Of a DNA stretch of 64,000 bases, positions 35,598-48,102 are shown piece after piece. A program made the position numbers and the translations under genes. This stretch comes from Curvularia clavata (taxonomy: Eukaryota). Within the stretch, counting starts at the first letter, position 1. The number at the start of each line of letters is the position of its first letter. The notes under the pieces are model-generated. The model saw only the letters and a program-made list of their open reading frames with translations, ran no database searches and was not told where the DNA came from. The stretch is taken from positions 2,790,001 through 2,854,000 of the forward strand of contig CP089278.1 in the NCBI GenBank assembly GCA_023920165.1. Reading direction: 5' to 3'.

Positions 35598-36638
35598 ATG
35601 CAGGTAGGGTCTTTTGCTAATCATACGGATATCCTGCACAGACAAATCATTGCATTGGTTTTGCAATTACCATGGTGCCAGGCGACCAATCCGGATCGCT
35701 ACCAGACAGCGATAGAAGTACAAATTGAGAACTCTTCTCGGAAGATACAACAATATCAGAGAGACTATGCAATCACTATGAAGGACTACAAAATGGCCCG
35801 CAAGTGGGCTGCCGGAGCCCGCAGCGTGATTCCCGAAACCGCCACTGCACGGCGAAAGCTCCCGGACCATTTGACCTTCAATACAATCAAGCCGCTGCCA
35901 TATACAAGACACTTCGCCCTACCTCCCATGCCCCGCCCTACACCTCCCGCCATCCGTAGCGTGCAAGGCGAATGCTCACCGCAGGCAGAAGGCTATGGTC
36001 CAATCCCCAAATATGACAACATACTGGGATTCCGTCTTTCACCAGAGGTACACAATGTAGCAGTGAACGCAGCAATCCCTTCCGGTTACAATCAAAGCTT
36101 TGCCTTTGCCAACGGCTCTTTTGTCGGCACTCAATACCTCGGCCACTACGAACTGCAGTCGTACGATACACTCGAATGTGCTAAGAGATGCAATGAATGG
36201 GGCCAGTCAGTAAATTCGACGAACGGCGGTTCCACTACTCAAGCGGGTGCCCAAAATCCTGACCAAACCAATGCAACGACGATGGAAAATGGCGAAGCTG
36301 GACATGAAAGACAAACCCAAGAGCAACTTTGCCAAAGCTTCAACGTCTACTTCGAACGCTCGCCAGCCATCCATCTGGGCCCCGAATGTCGCGAAGCCGA
36401 GAGCCGTACAGTCATCAAGTGCGCCCTATGGGCCGAACCTCTACGTATCGAAGGCGCTACGAATATCGGATACAGAGAATGGGATTTTGACGTTGCCATT
36501 GCGGGGTCGAATGGATATAATCTGGAGAAACACACCGAAGCGGAGAGCATGGCCCCGGGAAGGAGGATGAGCAAGGCGGTTGTTGTAGCTCTTTTTGTTG
36601 GACAACTGGTTTTGGCAATCATGATCCAACAGATCTGA
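35598..36638 (+). CDS. Hypothetical Cys-patterned (PAN/apple-like) fungal surface protein; 5' end uncertain
   Basis: YELQSYDTLECAKRC...CQSFNVYFERSP...IKCALW...IAGSNGYN; hydrophobic C-terminus. A possible upstream exon starts near 35469. Confidence 0.65.
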   Translation: MQVGSFANHTDILHRQIIALVLQLPWCQATNPDRYQTAIEVQIENSSRKIQQYQRDYAITMKDYKMARKWAAGARSVIPETATARRKLPDHLTFNTIKPLPYTRHFALPPMPRPTPPAIRSVQGECSPQAEGYGPIPKYDNILGFRLSPEVHNVAVNAAIPSGYNQSFAFANGSFVGTQYLGHYELQSYDTLECAKRCNEWGQSVNSTNGGSTTQAGAQNPDQTNATTMENGEAGHERQTQEQLCQSFNVYFERSPAIHLGPECREAESRTVIKCALWAEPLRIEGATNIGYREWDFDVAIAGSNGYNLEKHTEAESMAPGRRMSKAVVVALFVGQLVLAIMIQQI

Positions 36639-37182
36639 GAAGTGTGGGACCATGGCCACTGTTCTAATGTTTTGCAAAGAGGTTTGTTTCAAATATCTTC
36701 GTGCACCTAAGCAACGCAGTCGCGCCATGCTAGCCAGAAGCTCACACGAGCTACATCCTTGTGTGGGTGTTGCGGATTTCTTGGCCTTGACCTCATTGCA
36801 GCAATTGAAATCCATGAACTACGATTTGCGCACATGGCACATCCATACGATACTCTATTAGGAAGCGCGAATCCTGATCCCATGAGAAAAGTGGAGCTAT
36901 TTGAACGTCATTCGCTTCCTGCGCATCACTTCGTAAACCACATCCCCATGTACATATTGCATGTTTTTATGCCCACTACATCTTGACTTGTAACGTGATT
37001 TGTTTTTCGTTTTGTACACCTATCAAAACACGCTTCGTACACAGCGACCCCGTCGTACGAATAGACCCGAACACCTAAGCCAGTGAACATACCAAAAAGA
37101 TCCATAAGACGTCTTTTTACCCAGGTAAAAGACACCAGAAAAAAACACAACATTCCTCCTCTTCTACAATCGTAATCAGCAC

Positions 37183-37599
37183 CTACTCTTTAAGATTACC
37201 CCTCTTCATAACCAACAACTTTGTCTTCGTCGGATCCGCAAACTTCTCCTCCTCAGCCAACACCTCGAGCGCCTCGTCCGAATGCATGAATGCGATGAAC
37301 TGCTGCAAATGCAGCTCGTCTTCAAACACCATTTCGCCCATGCAATCCCAGTCGAGCACCTCGTCGGCACTGCTATTGCTGCCGATGAGCAGGCGCATCA
37401 GGCCCGTTGGGCATTCTGACTCGTCAACATGATACAGTCGATTCCATGCTAACGGATGTATTTTTCCAGCCTTCTTTTTGAGCAGAGGCGCGTAGTGGTT
37501 TTCGTTGTGCTCGTAAAAGGCCGCTCGTGTGGTGCCTTCTTTGCGTGTGGCCACTGTGGTGAGTACAATGGGGTACTTGGTTGCTGGGAACGAGGCCAT
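37183..37599 (-). CDS. EthD-domain protein
   Basis: RKEGTTRAAFYEHNENHYAPL...DWDCMGEMVFEDE...EEEKFAD pattern. Confidence 0.8.
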   Translation of the reverse strand: MASFPATKYPIVLTTVATRKEGTTRAAFYEHNENHYAPLLKKKAGKIHPLAWNRLYHVDESECPTGLMRLLIGSNSSADEVLDWDCMGEMVFEDELHLQQFIAFMHSDEALEVLAEEEKFADPTKTKLLVMKRGNLKE

Positions 37600-38560
37600 G
37601 ATAGTGGTTGGGTGGGTGTCTCGGTGTTGTTTCTTTCTCTTTTCTCGGTCCGACTGACGGTCGTTCTGTGGTAATGGTTCCCGCTGCAGCGTGGAGTTTA
37701 CGAGGTGCGTGCAGAGTTTGTCAGATACGGTAGTTGACCAGGGCGCAGGTGTATTGAGTAAATGATTGGTTCAGAAAAAATGTGGCTTTTCGAGAGTCCT
37801 TGATCTTGAATCTCGATGAACTTTAGATTCTCACAAGCTACGCAAAATGATATACAAATGGAAGAAGGGGCTTTGCAGCTAACGGAGCGAGAAAAAAAAG
37901 AGCGACGGGACGGACAGTTGCCGTGTTACGGCTGGGAGAGCTATCTCGGGCCATGGTCAGGTCCCTGCTTTCCTGACATGTTCCGGCACCATCAATTCAC
38001 ATCCCCGCTAGATCGCTTGCCCCACGTCGCAGTACGGCGTCCGGCATACAGGGTAACATACGAAAACTGTCATAGCTTCGGGGCCTTAGTTCAAAAGGCT
38101 AGCGGTCAACATCTTGGCCTTATCAGAAAGTTTAGCGTAATACGGAGTATGCCTTAGCTTGATGGGCGGTTTAAACTCACGAACTAATGCGGCCGGTTTC
38201 CGCGCCATCCCTGAACTGCTCCAGCTGTTGTTCTTTGATGGAGACACATTGTAGGGCTGTCAGCAACAAGCAAGAGATGTTGCATAATGGTAACACCTCG
38301 TTAGCTCCGCGGGCTAAGCATGTTGCATACACGAGACCCACCACCAAACCAGACTAAGAGCAAGGACATTAGAGACACGGAAAGATTGTATCTTGGGTAT
38401 CATTTGGGCAATTGTGACCTACGTGCCTATCTACTAGTACATACTGCTGCTTGCTTCTCGACAGGGGTGCTTTGATCGCAGGGCAAAGTACCATCGACTA
38501 TCAGTTCCCAAAAGCTCCGAACGCCGTAGTGAGCAAAAAGTGAGTGGGTTTGTGCGCCAT

Positions 38561-41500
38561 CTAGAACGCATACAAGCCTCTCATATTCCAGATCGCCTCG
38601 TCAATCATGCTTGGCGTCCATTCTGCGCCAGTCATTTGACCGGCAATGCTCTCCCTTTTGTCACGTGGAAGAACCAAGAAGCGTTCGATGAGATCGCCGT
38701 CAATGACACTTTTGACAGGTGCAAAGTAGCTACGGAAGGCGAGATGGTCGCGACCAGACAGTGGCTTGTCATCAGAGCGAAGTTGCATCTCGAGCTGCTG
38801 GAACATCTTGTGCTGTCGACGTGAGTTAAAGGGGATAAGGGCGCCGAGAGTGCCTTGGAGACCCGCCCAGAAGATGATGCGTTCACCACCTGATAGCAAG
38901 ACTGTCTTCTGTATTGAAACAGGGATGTCATTGGTGAAGTAGTGCGCAATGAGATCCAGACGATTGGGGGTACCGCCAAGGTAGCTCTTGTCTACCAGTA
39001 GATCAGACCCATCTGGGGTCTCATCAGAAGATTCAGAGACCTTCTGTGGGCAGCGCACGAGCCAGATATTGCCAAACTTGTCACCGCCCACGGTGGTGTC
39101 GTAGTCTAACATCTCTGCGGCAGTAGTATGACGGGCAACGGTATCGTCGACGAAAGGAATGAGGCGGTTGGGGTGAACTTGGTCCTTGTGCACGACGTAG
39201 GTGACAGACTGTGTTTGATCGGAAACGACCAGTCGACTGCCCTGTGTTTTGAGACCCGTGATCCGCGTCGGTACACAGTTCGGTGCTTGCGCTTTGCGAA
39301 GGACTGACTTCATACCGCAATCATAGAGACATAACTGACGCCCAACACCAGCGACCATTTTGCCCTTGAAAGCAAGTAGTGCTAGAGGTGGATCAGGAAC
39401 AGTAGTCTCGTGGTAAAACTCCAGCTCTCGACCACTTGGACTGATCTTGTACATCTGTATTGATGCGGATGAAAACTTGTATGGGTTAAAGCTGAGATCC
39501 TTTGCAGTACCAACAGCAAGGAACGCTTGATCACCGTGGCTTTCGAAGAACACAACAGCAGCGCTAACAAGCGATTGGTTGCCGTTGACTTCGACTGTGT
39601 GAACGACCGTCTTCTCACTCACGGGGTCAACTACTTGGATACAAGATGCCCAGCTGCCTTGGGCCCTTGGATAGCCAAAGTCTACAGCAGGAAATTCGTC
39701 GCTGTCAGTTGCACCGTTGGACTGCTCAACTTCCATTGCACCATTGGAGTCGTTCTCTTCTTTCTTGACACCGCTTTGTGCAATCAGTTGTTGCCGTCGA
39801 TCAGCACTGATTGTGTTGTTCTCGCTTTGAATTACGTAGAACACACCCTGGTCGTGGTTTCCTACCATCTTCCTGGGGGTGTATTTCAATGGTATACTCT
39901 CATAAGTGGTGTTGTCCGTCAAATCGTTGAATGTAAAAATCCTAGCTTGATTAGCAGCTGATTTCCATGCAAATTGAGAAAACAAAATTTGTGGATGATT
40001 GCGTTCAGTAGGAACAATTGGAACCAAAAGGTTTGAACCCTCATCGTGTTTAAGGTGTACAATGTATCATCATCGCAATCGTGGGAAGAAAAAAAAAGGT
40101 TCTGCTTACCGTAACTCATTTGCACTGACACAGATGATTCCCTTGAATTGGGAACCATCAAAATTCCAAGCAGACTTGAACGGGATATAGTTGAGTGGTG
40201 TGAGTTGCAACACACCGGTGCGAGGATGAGTATAACCCAACCATGGCCGTGAGGTCATTGCTAGGATGGCGGGCTCGCCCGCGACAGTCACCTTTGCGAA
40301 TTTGATGGGCTCAGGACCAAGGAAGCGTCTGCGGGTGTCGCCTATATCACCTGTCATCTCGTCCAGTACTGATCGGATATACACGCCGCTTCGCAAACCA
40401 ATATGAAGGAACTGGCTGTATCCGCGAGGCGACTTATCCGTCATTAAGTTGATAGTCAAGTCACTTGGTGGTGATGTCAGTGCTTGAACAGAGATGCTTC
40501 GCAGGATGTTGCCCTCCATGTCAGGACTCAGATTGAATATCCTAACAGTTTGGTCACTGCAGCCAACAGCTAAGAAGAAGGCTCGCACACTACCCTCTGG
40601 GACATCAGGCATCGCAAGGCAGGTGATGGTACTGTCCAAGGCGACCTCTTCTTCCGCCATAGCAAGCGAACCGTCAGAATCGCACTCAAAGTACAGAATC
40701 TGACCAGAGCTGAGAGCAATTGCGACCTGCCGGTTATTGGTTGCACAAGCTACAATGGTGCGGTGCGCAGGGGGTTGCCAATCAGTCAGATTAGCATGTG
40801 TCGCGTTTGCATCACCATCGGGAAACTGGATACCCTGAATGTGACGGATACCCTTGGGGTGGATCTGGATGATGCAATCTTCACCGAATTGCTGTACACC
40901 GAGAGTGTTTGTGTCTGGAAGGAAACCGGTGTTAGAGGCTTCCTCGACGTCGTCACCAATCTTCAAGATGAGTGTTCTGCTATGGAGACAAAGCACAATA
41001 AGCGTATCCGTTTCGTCTTCACTGGTCAACTTTGTAGTCCAGACATCAGAGGCATTCTGTGGAAGTGGCGACTCGATGAGATCTAAGACTTCCAACGCGT
41101 TCCTTGTGGTACGGAAAGTACTGCGACCACCAGCACCGTTGATGGTGTATATTTGGGGCGCATCTTCCAATGCAACATTGGCGACTTCCATGCCCATGAT
41201 TGGGTTGAGACTTGGCATAGTCTCTACCGCAGTCAGATTGGACAAAGGGCGAGGTTGGAAGAATGGGGGTGCGAAGGAGGCCTCTGGATCAATAGGAAAC
41301 TGGTCACTTTCAAAGACCGGGTCGTCAGTCTCTTCACCCAAGGACTCCAGTTCATACAAGATACGGTCTCCAGACTCGCAGGCAGCGTACACAAAACCCG
41401 CCCGGAGAATGCAAATACTTGTCGTTACTGGAATGGTATCGAAGTATTTGATTTTGATCTTCTCAACCGCGCCGTTGGGTGCATCAACAGTCAGTTTGAA

Positions 41501-42594
41501 GACATCACCGTCCTCTGTCTGCAGCAGGTAGAAAAAGTCTCCGCCTCTGAGAGAATACAGAGTTCCAGCAACAATCATCCGCTTCCGATTGGGATCCTCG
41601 GTGGCACCCTCTCGACGTGGGATCGCCAGGCGGCGAATGCTTGATTTGTTGTTGAAGATACGATGATATGTGATGCTGTCTTCTCCGCAACAGAAAACGC
41701 CACTTGGTGCGTTGGGGCCTCCCGGAACCCGGAAGAGAGTGTTTGCTGTGCGATCGACTGGTTCGGACCATTTTCGTACGATATGGTTCAGACCAAGATC
41801 AAGCTCGTAATACACAAGTTCCTTCTTGATCTCCCCGTAGGCCTCACCCGTGGAATCAGTCTCGGAGTTGGAGTAATCAACCTCGAGTGTGGCAAACATG
41901 GGATTGTCGTAGCCAACATCTAGACCGATAAGACAGTAGACAAGTGTTTGCGGCTTGTGCGCCTCCAACGGGGAGGAGATGGAAATATCGGTTTGACCGC
42001 TTCGGGTGAGGAGGTATACCAACTTGTTCTTCTCTGTCGAGGCAATCATGATAGCGCGCCCTTTCGGGTCGGCTGCCAGGTACTCGCCTGGCACGACACG
42101 TCGTATTCCAGACTTGCCGAATGTCTCGAAGTGAATGGACTTGAAGGTGTGCTCGTCAGGAAGGTACTCGTACGTGACCAAACGTCCAGAGTCGGTAGTT
42201 ATGACAATGTGGTCTTACACAGTCAGCAAGGCTTCTTAGTAGGAAGTGCAGTCCAGTCCACCGCGGGCTCAGGGAGCGGCGAGCTCGAAGGTGTTGCGTG
42301 CTTTGAAAATCACTATACTGCTTGTAGTGTGGGAGGGAGATTCGACATACCTTTGGTGCCGCCTGCAATCCTGAACTTTGCTATGCGGCGGATGATACCA
42401 AACACATCTTGGGAGTGGATCTCTTGAAAGCCCTTTTGTCGTCGCGAAACCTCGAGGATCGCCAACCGTGAACCACTCGCAGTGAGGATCTGCTGCTTGC
42501 CGTTTCCGAGAAAATCGCCAGAAATAGCATCCTGTGTCGCTGTGGGCTGTTTCACCGTCAAGGCGTACAGCGACATGGAAGAGAAGCTCGTCAT
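38561..42594 (-). CDS. RSE1: Pre-mRNA splicing factor RSE1/SF3B3 (exons 42594-42351, 42213-40110, 39941-38561; 1242 aa)
   Basis: GIIRRIAKFRIAGGTK, ETFGKSGIRRVVPGEYLAADPKGRA, KYFDTIPV, GRDHLAFRSYFAPVKSVIDGDLIE; exon lengths sum to 3729 nt. Confidence 0.96.
39997..40080 (-). ncRNA. Intronic box C/D snoRNA, snR41-like guide for 18S rRNA Am541
   Basis: Minus strand reads GATTGCG-ATGATGA(box C)...CCAATTGTTCCT-A-CTGA(box D)-A-CGCAATC. It has a 7-bp terminal stem, and the guide is complementary to conserved 18S AGGAACAAUUGG. Confidence 0.85.
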
Positions 42595-43039
42595 GATGGG
42601 CGGCAGCGGGCGCTGGCCCGGGCTGTGCTACCGTGTCTGTATCTCAGGGTGTAGGAGCGGGTTCCAAATTGAGACCTGAAGCACGAGATCCGGGCAAGGC
42701 CTTTGTGTTTGCCAAAATGTGGGTGGATGCGCGACAGTGTAAACTGCGCGGTGGGAGAAAGCTGTCGAGTATCGTGAAATCTTTATGCGCGCTGAGGCCA
42801 AAGCTCCTCGGATGCAGTGTCGGCCCGACCCAGCCAATTGGGCGGCGTGGCCCCACTAAAATTCTATGTCGCAAAGTCTACAAGGTACAATAGCGACGCG
42901 AACAAACGCCCTCGCGTGGTACACATTGACGACTGTAGCGAGATCCTCGCCTATTCGCACCCGTCGTAACGGTCTTAGAGAGGATTTTCACCAGAAATCA
43001 GCGCTGTAACCGTCCCCCGACCTATCTCGGCTCGCCACG

Positions 43040-45462
43040 ATGAAGCGCAAGGTCGGCGCTTTGGAGAAGCTGGAATCCGACCATGCAGCGCTCAGATTCA
43101 AGCTGAAGAGGGACCCCCAGTCTTACAGGGACGACTTTGAGCAGCAGTATCAGCAGTACCGGACACTGCTTGACCTGTTCCTTGCGGACCCTTCCACTAC
43201 AGATGGAGGCCTGGTTGCGCTGAAAGAGTAAGACTGCTACATTCTGTATGAAACCAACTGCTGATTCGCCTTCGTAGTCTCATAGAATTCGTATCGCACA
43301 CAGCAAATCTATACCCCGACCTGACGCTCCCCGAGTTTCCGCAAAGTCTTATAGATCTGTTATCCACTCATCATGAAGTCATTGAGATGGATCTGCGCGA
43401 CAAGGTCGTGGGCGCCATCTGCCTGCTGAAGAACAAGGAGGTGATCGACTCGGTTACTCTTTTGAACACCTTGTTTCCTATCCTGGTAACGACAAACTCA
43501 AAGTCGCTCCGAGCTTTGTTGTTTCAGAAGATCGTCTCCGATGTCCGGTCTTCGAACGCAAAAGCCACAAACCACAAGGTCAACAAAGCGCTACAGACAA
43601 CTCTATACAACCTACTCGAAGCCGATACTACTTCACCACGGGGATTCCTTGCAGTCAAGATTGTACGGGACCTATGGAAGCGCCAAATATGGACTGACGC
43701 AAGGACTGTTGAGGTTATGCGACTGGCTGCACTGAGTGACAATGAGAAGACTATTGCAGGTGGAGTTAGGTTTTTTCTTGGTGGTGATCAGGAGAGAGAG
43801 GCAGCTGCTGAGGAAAGCGACGATGACGACGGGGTGGACTTGGCCAAACTGAGGCATCAGGCGGGCATCAATAAAAAGACGAAGAAGAAGTCGCGTGAGC
43901 TAAAACAAGCCGCAGCCACCATGAGAAAGAAGGAGAAAAAGAAGAGCGCGCCGCAGTAAGTCTGCTAGTAACAGTGCGATTTTACCAATACTAACACAGT
44001 CGCTTTAGTCCGTTGAACTTCAGTGCCTTGCACTTACTCCACGACCCTCAGGGCTTCGCCGAGACACTCTTCTCAAAGCACATCCAGAATTCCAAGAACA
44101 AGCTATCCCTCGAGACGAAGCTTTTGGCTCTGCAGCTTGTGACCCGACTTGTCGGATTGCATCAGCTCACAGTTCTACCGCTATACTCGTACTTCTTGAA
44201 GCACCTCACGCCTCGACAAGCGTCTGTAACAACGTACCTTGCGTGCTTAGCACAAGCGACACATAGCTACGTGCCTCCAGATGTCCTTGAGCCGCTAGTA
44301 CAAAAGATTGCAAACGAATTCGTTTCTGAAGCATCAGCTGCTGAGGTCGCCGCAGCGGGACTGAACGCTATTCGCGAAATATGTGCACGCCAACCCCTGG
44401 CCATGACGGACACTTTGCTTCAAGACTTGGTCATGGTATGCACGACCCCAATTGTTTTGTGTCCATGCCGTACGCTAACAGTCACAGTATCGTAAATCAA
44501 AGGATAAGGGTACGATGATGGCCGCCAAAGGCCTCCTCTCCCTTTACCGCGAAGTCGGTGCCGACCTCCTGAAAAAGCGCGACCGTGGCAAGGATGCCAC
44601 AATGGGAATTCGTGCTGGTACGATTAAAGAGCGACGATATGGTGAAGAAGCCACTGGCGAAATCGAAGGCATTGAGCTTCTCGAGAAGTGGAAGGAGGAG
44701 GAGCGCAGGAAAAAATTGGAAGCTGCTGGGCTGGATCCTGATGCAGACCATGGCGACCTTGAGCTTGACGATGAAGATGATTGGAAAAAATGGGAAGTGG
44801 AGAGCGACAGTGACAGCGACGATTCGGGAGGATGGATCAACGTTGAGAGCGATGGTGAAGATATCCAGATTAGTGACTCTGAAGACGAAAAGGAAGGCAG
44901 CAAAGAGCGACCCAGTAAGAAGGCAAAACTGGGCAGCGCGACACCCACACCCGGCCCATCAACCGACGACAAGGGCGCCTCCAAGACCGAAGAGTCAGAA
45001 GCAAAGTCCATATCTAAGCTTCTCACTACGACCATCCTCACCCCTGCCGACCTGAAACAACTTCAAGCCCTCCGCGCCACATCGACAATCACCTCGTCCC
45101 TCGCCTCGCAAAAGCGCGCGCAACTCCTTGCCGCTCGCCACGCCGATGAAGCCATCACAGCCGAGAGAATTGAGCTGGCCGCCTCGCTTGGCAAGAAGAA
45201 CACCAAGGAGGACAAAATCGCAGCCGCCAAACAAGACCGTGAGACCAACCACATGTCACAGGCTGCAAAACGCAAGGAGAAGCGACATGCCGAGGGCAAG
45301 AGCACGACGAACCAGGACAAGGCGCGCAAGAAGAACTTTTTGATGACGTTGGGTAAGGCTAAGAGCAAGAATAAACGCAGCCTGGGCGATGTGAAGAAGA
45401 CGCTGCTGGGACATGTGGAGAGGAAGAAGAGGGGAGGCAAGAGGGGCAATAAGGGAAACTAG
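43040..45462 (+). CDS. SDA1: Ribosome biogenesis protein SDA1 (introns ~43228-43277, ~43956-44008, ~44436-44487)
   Basis: MKRKVGALEK...KRDPQSYRDDF, LNFSALHLLHDPQGFAE, AAAGLNAIREIC, STTNQDKARKKNFLM. Confidence 0.94.
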
Positions 45463-45983
45463 GTTGTCTTTCCTATTCGTTCGCACTCTTTTGTCATGTT
45501 ATGCATTTTTGGTGTTGATGTCTCTTCTCAAGTGTGTATCCGTATGCATCGGGACTGTTCGATGAAGAAGATGGTCATGTGAAAGACGGTAGAATAGAAG
45601 TAAAAAGCCGTGATACCCAGTCACCCCATTATCATCCTTTTAGAAATATACACTTGAAGTCATTGTGTTCTTCCCCATTACTACGTCACAGCTTTGTTCG
45701 TCCAACATTGACTTCGCTCGCCCTCCGCCTCCGCCTCCCTTCTGACACTGTTTTTGTTGTGTCCAGACGAGGTTTTAACAGGGAAAATGTACATGTTCTG
45801 TGGAAATGTGCTTCTTTGCTTCCTGAATAAGAACCCTTTTCAAGTGTTGCTGTTGTTGGAGCGGCATAGTGAGCAGGAGAGGTGTTGCGATATGGCTTGC
45901 TGTGTACTTGGGTGAAGTGGTGGAAAATGGAGGATTTGTAGGGGAAAAAACCACCTACAGTTCTGTATTGAAACAGGATTCAA

Positions 45984-47591
45984 TTAATTCCTTGCGACAC
46001 TGTCCGATATCTTCACCATAGGGCTGTAGCAGGAAGAAGGCGTAGGCGAGATGGTAGCCCTAGCAGGTTGAGTTCCGGCTCTTTGTGTTCGTGTTGCCGG
46101 TGCGGCAGTACTAAAACTTGTGGTCCGGGCTTTCTCTGTCTCCTTACTTCTCTCAAATGGGCTCAAGATTGGCTGGGTAGGGCTTGCAGCTGCACTCGAC
46201 ATGGGTGGTGAGGACGATCGAGTCCTGAAGACATCAGCAACGCCATGTTCGGTGCCATCTTGCCATATGGCGGCAGTAGCGGCGAAGACCTGCCTCAGCT
46301 CCCTATCTTTATCATTTGAAGCTGCAGTTTGCAGATTTACGGTCGCTTTTGGCTGTGTTTCTGGGCCAATAGCGCTGTCGCTGCTCCTTTCTTTCCGTTT
46401 GGACGACCCTTGAGACGTGGAATCAAGCCAGGTGGTCATATAATGGTTCTGAATCGACGCCATTTCTCGAATATCTTCAAGAAGACCTTTCTGATCCGAT
46501 GAGTACGGATATATCTGAAGAAGAGATGTGAGGAGCGACGTGTGCTTGGTTAGGGAGTTGAGATTTGACTGGAGGACCTGGGAAACTGTTGGTTCACTCC
46601 TCGGGTAGTTGCCAATTCGATAATCCGAGAACAAATTGGTAGCTAGGATTTCCCTCGAGCTATCTTCTGAAAACTCACGATGTGAGTTGTCTTGTTCAGC
46701 CTCGCCGCTCTTCTTTTCGCGAGGATCGGTAATGGATGGTGTCAGCTTATGGGCTGGTGTTCTCGAAAACTCTTGGATATATCTTGTGGATTCCTTTCGG
46801 AGCATTTCTTCACTCTGGGAAGTGATTGTGTAATGCTGGACTGGTTGGACAGGGTATTGGTAGTATTGACCATACCACGGCGGAAAACTTCGTCGGACCT
46901 GTTGATACGCAAGAGGTTGGGCTGGAAGAGGGTACTGTACTTGGAAAGGAAAGGCATGTCCCACACTTCCCTGGAAAGCACAGTGATTGAATTGTGGCTC
47001 GGCGGCTCTCCTCTCGCTCATTGCCTTATAGACGTCGTGGCTCTGGTGCGTGTTATACGTGCTTCTCTTAGGAGGCAGCCTTGTCAATGCTGGCCTCGAA
47101 GCCACATAGTTGTACATATTCCCGCGTCCCTTGCTTATGAATTCATGTGGTTCCGCTGGCCATTCGTCTGCGTGTTTCCGTTTCGGTGGTCGTACTGTTG
47201 GACGAGGAGGTGACGAGTTCTCATTGACGAGGATCGGGTCCTGGCAGCTACCGCTGCTAGCTAAAGGCTTTGGAGCTGGTCTTTGTGATTCGGAGGTATT
47301 CCGATCAGAAAACGTAGCTGAAGTGCTCTTCTTTCTCAGGGTTTTTGTACTAGGTGCCTTTGAGACTCTATCGACGATCGGGGATGTGAGGTTGTTGTTG
47401 TCATGATTGCTGGTGTTTCCTTGAAACGTTGATACAGGCGGAATGGCAGGACACTCCGGGAGATTTCGAGTAGCTTGTGCCTTCTTGGGACGTTTTTTGT
47501 TATGGACGGTATCGCTGGGCGGCCAAGTGTCTTTGGGCTCTTCGGTGTCGGCCAGTATAGCGTTTGCAGCGCTTCGCCGAGTGGAAACCAT
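45984..47591 (-). CDS. Hypothetical low-complexity protein
   Basis: Long ORF starting MVSTRRS; Ser/Pro/Thr-rich; no recognised domain. Confidence 0.55.
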   Translation of the reverse strand: MVSTRRSAANAILADTEEPKDTWPPSDTVHNKKRPKKAQATRNLPECPAIPPVSTFQGNTSNHDNNNLTSPIVDRVSKAPSTKTLRKKSTSATFSDRNTSESQRPAPKPLASSGSCQDPILVNENSSPPRPTVRPPKRKHADEWPAEPHEFISKGRGNMYNYVASRPALTRLPPKRSTYNTHQSHDVYKAMSERRAAEPQFNHCAFQGSVGHAFPFQVQYPLPAQPLAYQQVRRSFPPWYGQYYQYPVQPVQHYTITSQSEEMLRKESTRYIQEFSRTPAHKLTPSITDPREKKSGEAEQDNSHREFSEDSSREILATNLFSDYRIGNYPRSEPTVSQVLQSNLNSLTKHTSLLTSLLQIYPYSSDQKGLLEDIREMASIQNHYMTTWLDSTSQGSSKRKERSSDSAIGPETQPKATVNLQTAASNDKDRELRQVFAATAAIWQDGTEHGVADVFRTRSSSPPMSSAAASPTQPILSPFERSKETEKARTTSFSTAAPATRTQRAGTQPARATISPTPSSCYSPMVKISDSVARN

Positions 47592-48102
47592 GCTGTTACC
47601 CTCGCCCTGATTTTTCACGATCACACTACTGTATGGAATAAATGTATGATTTTATTCTTTTCGCGTGTCTCTGAATGTGTTGCAAGAGGGATCGTAGTGG
47701 CTCGATTGACGGGGGCACTTCTTCGAGCGCTATGCTCCTTGCATATGGTTGCTGATGTGGTGAAGTAACTTTCAAACTGAATTTGAGAAGAGAGTAGGAG
47801 TCAGTGTATCCCGCAAACAAAGTTACGGTGTTGCCTGTGTGTATCTAGAAGGTACAGGGTGCGTGGGGAAGGGACACATCCTGACTGGAAGGTGCAACTC
47901 GCACATGAGTAGCAATCTTGAAAGCAAACACACACTCGATGACACAGCTGAGTAACCAGGGCGTGAAGAAAGCATAGAAGTAAGGGAAATGGAAATACAA
48001 GAAGCTATGGGATGCTCTGGTGTGAACAGAACGTTAGATGTGAGCATGAAAGTATAAGAAATCGTACCCAATCCCTGGCAACTACATACCTCTCACCTCC
48101 AC

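Noticed and set aside
36600..38500. EthD gene as a marker of a secondary-metabolite cluster
   Set aside because: No PKS, NRPS, terpene synthase or tailoring genes nearby; flanked by housekeeping genes.
42214..42350. Possible second snoRNA in RSE1 intron 1 (137 nt, GCAGT/ACTGC stem)
   Set aside because: Candidate boxes are non-canonical (ATAGTGA, CTGG) and I could not identify a convincing rRNA-complementary guide.
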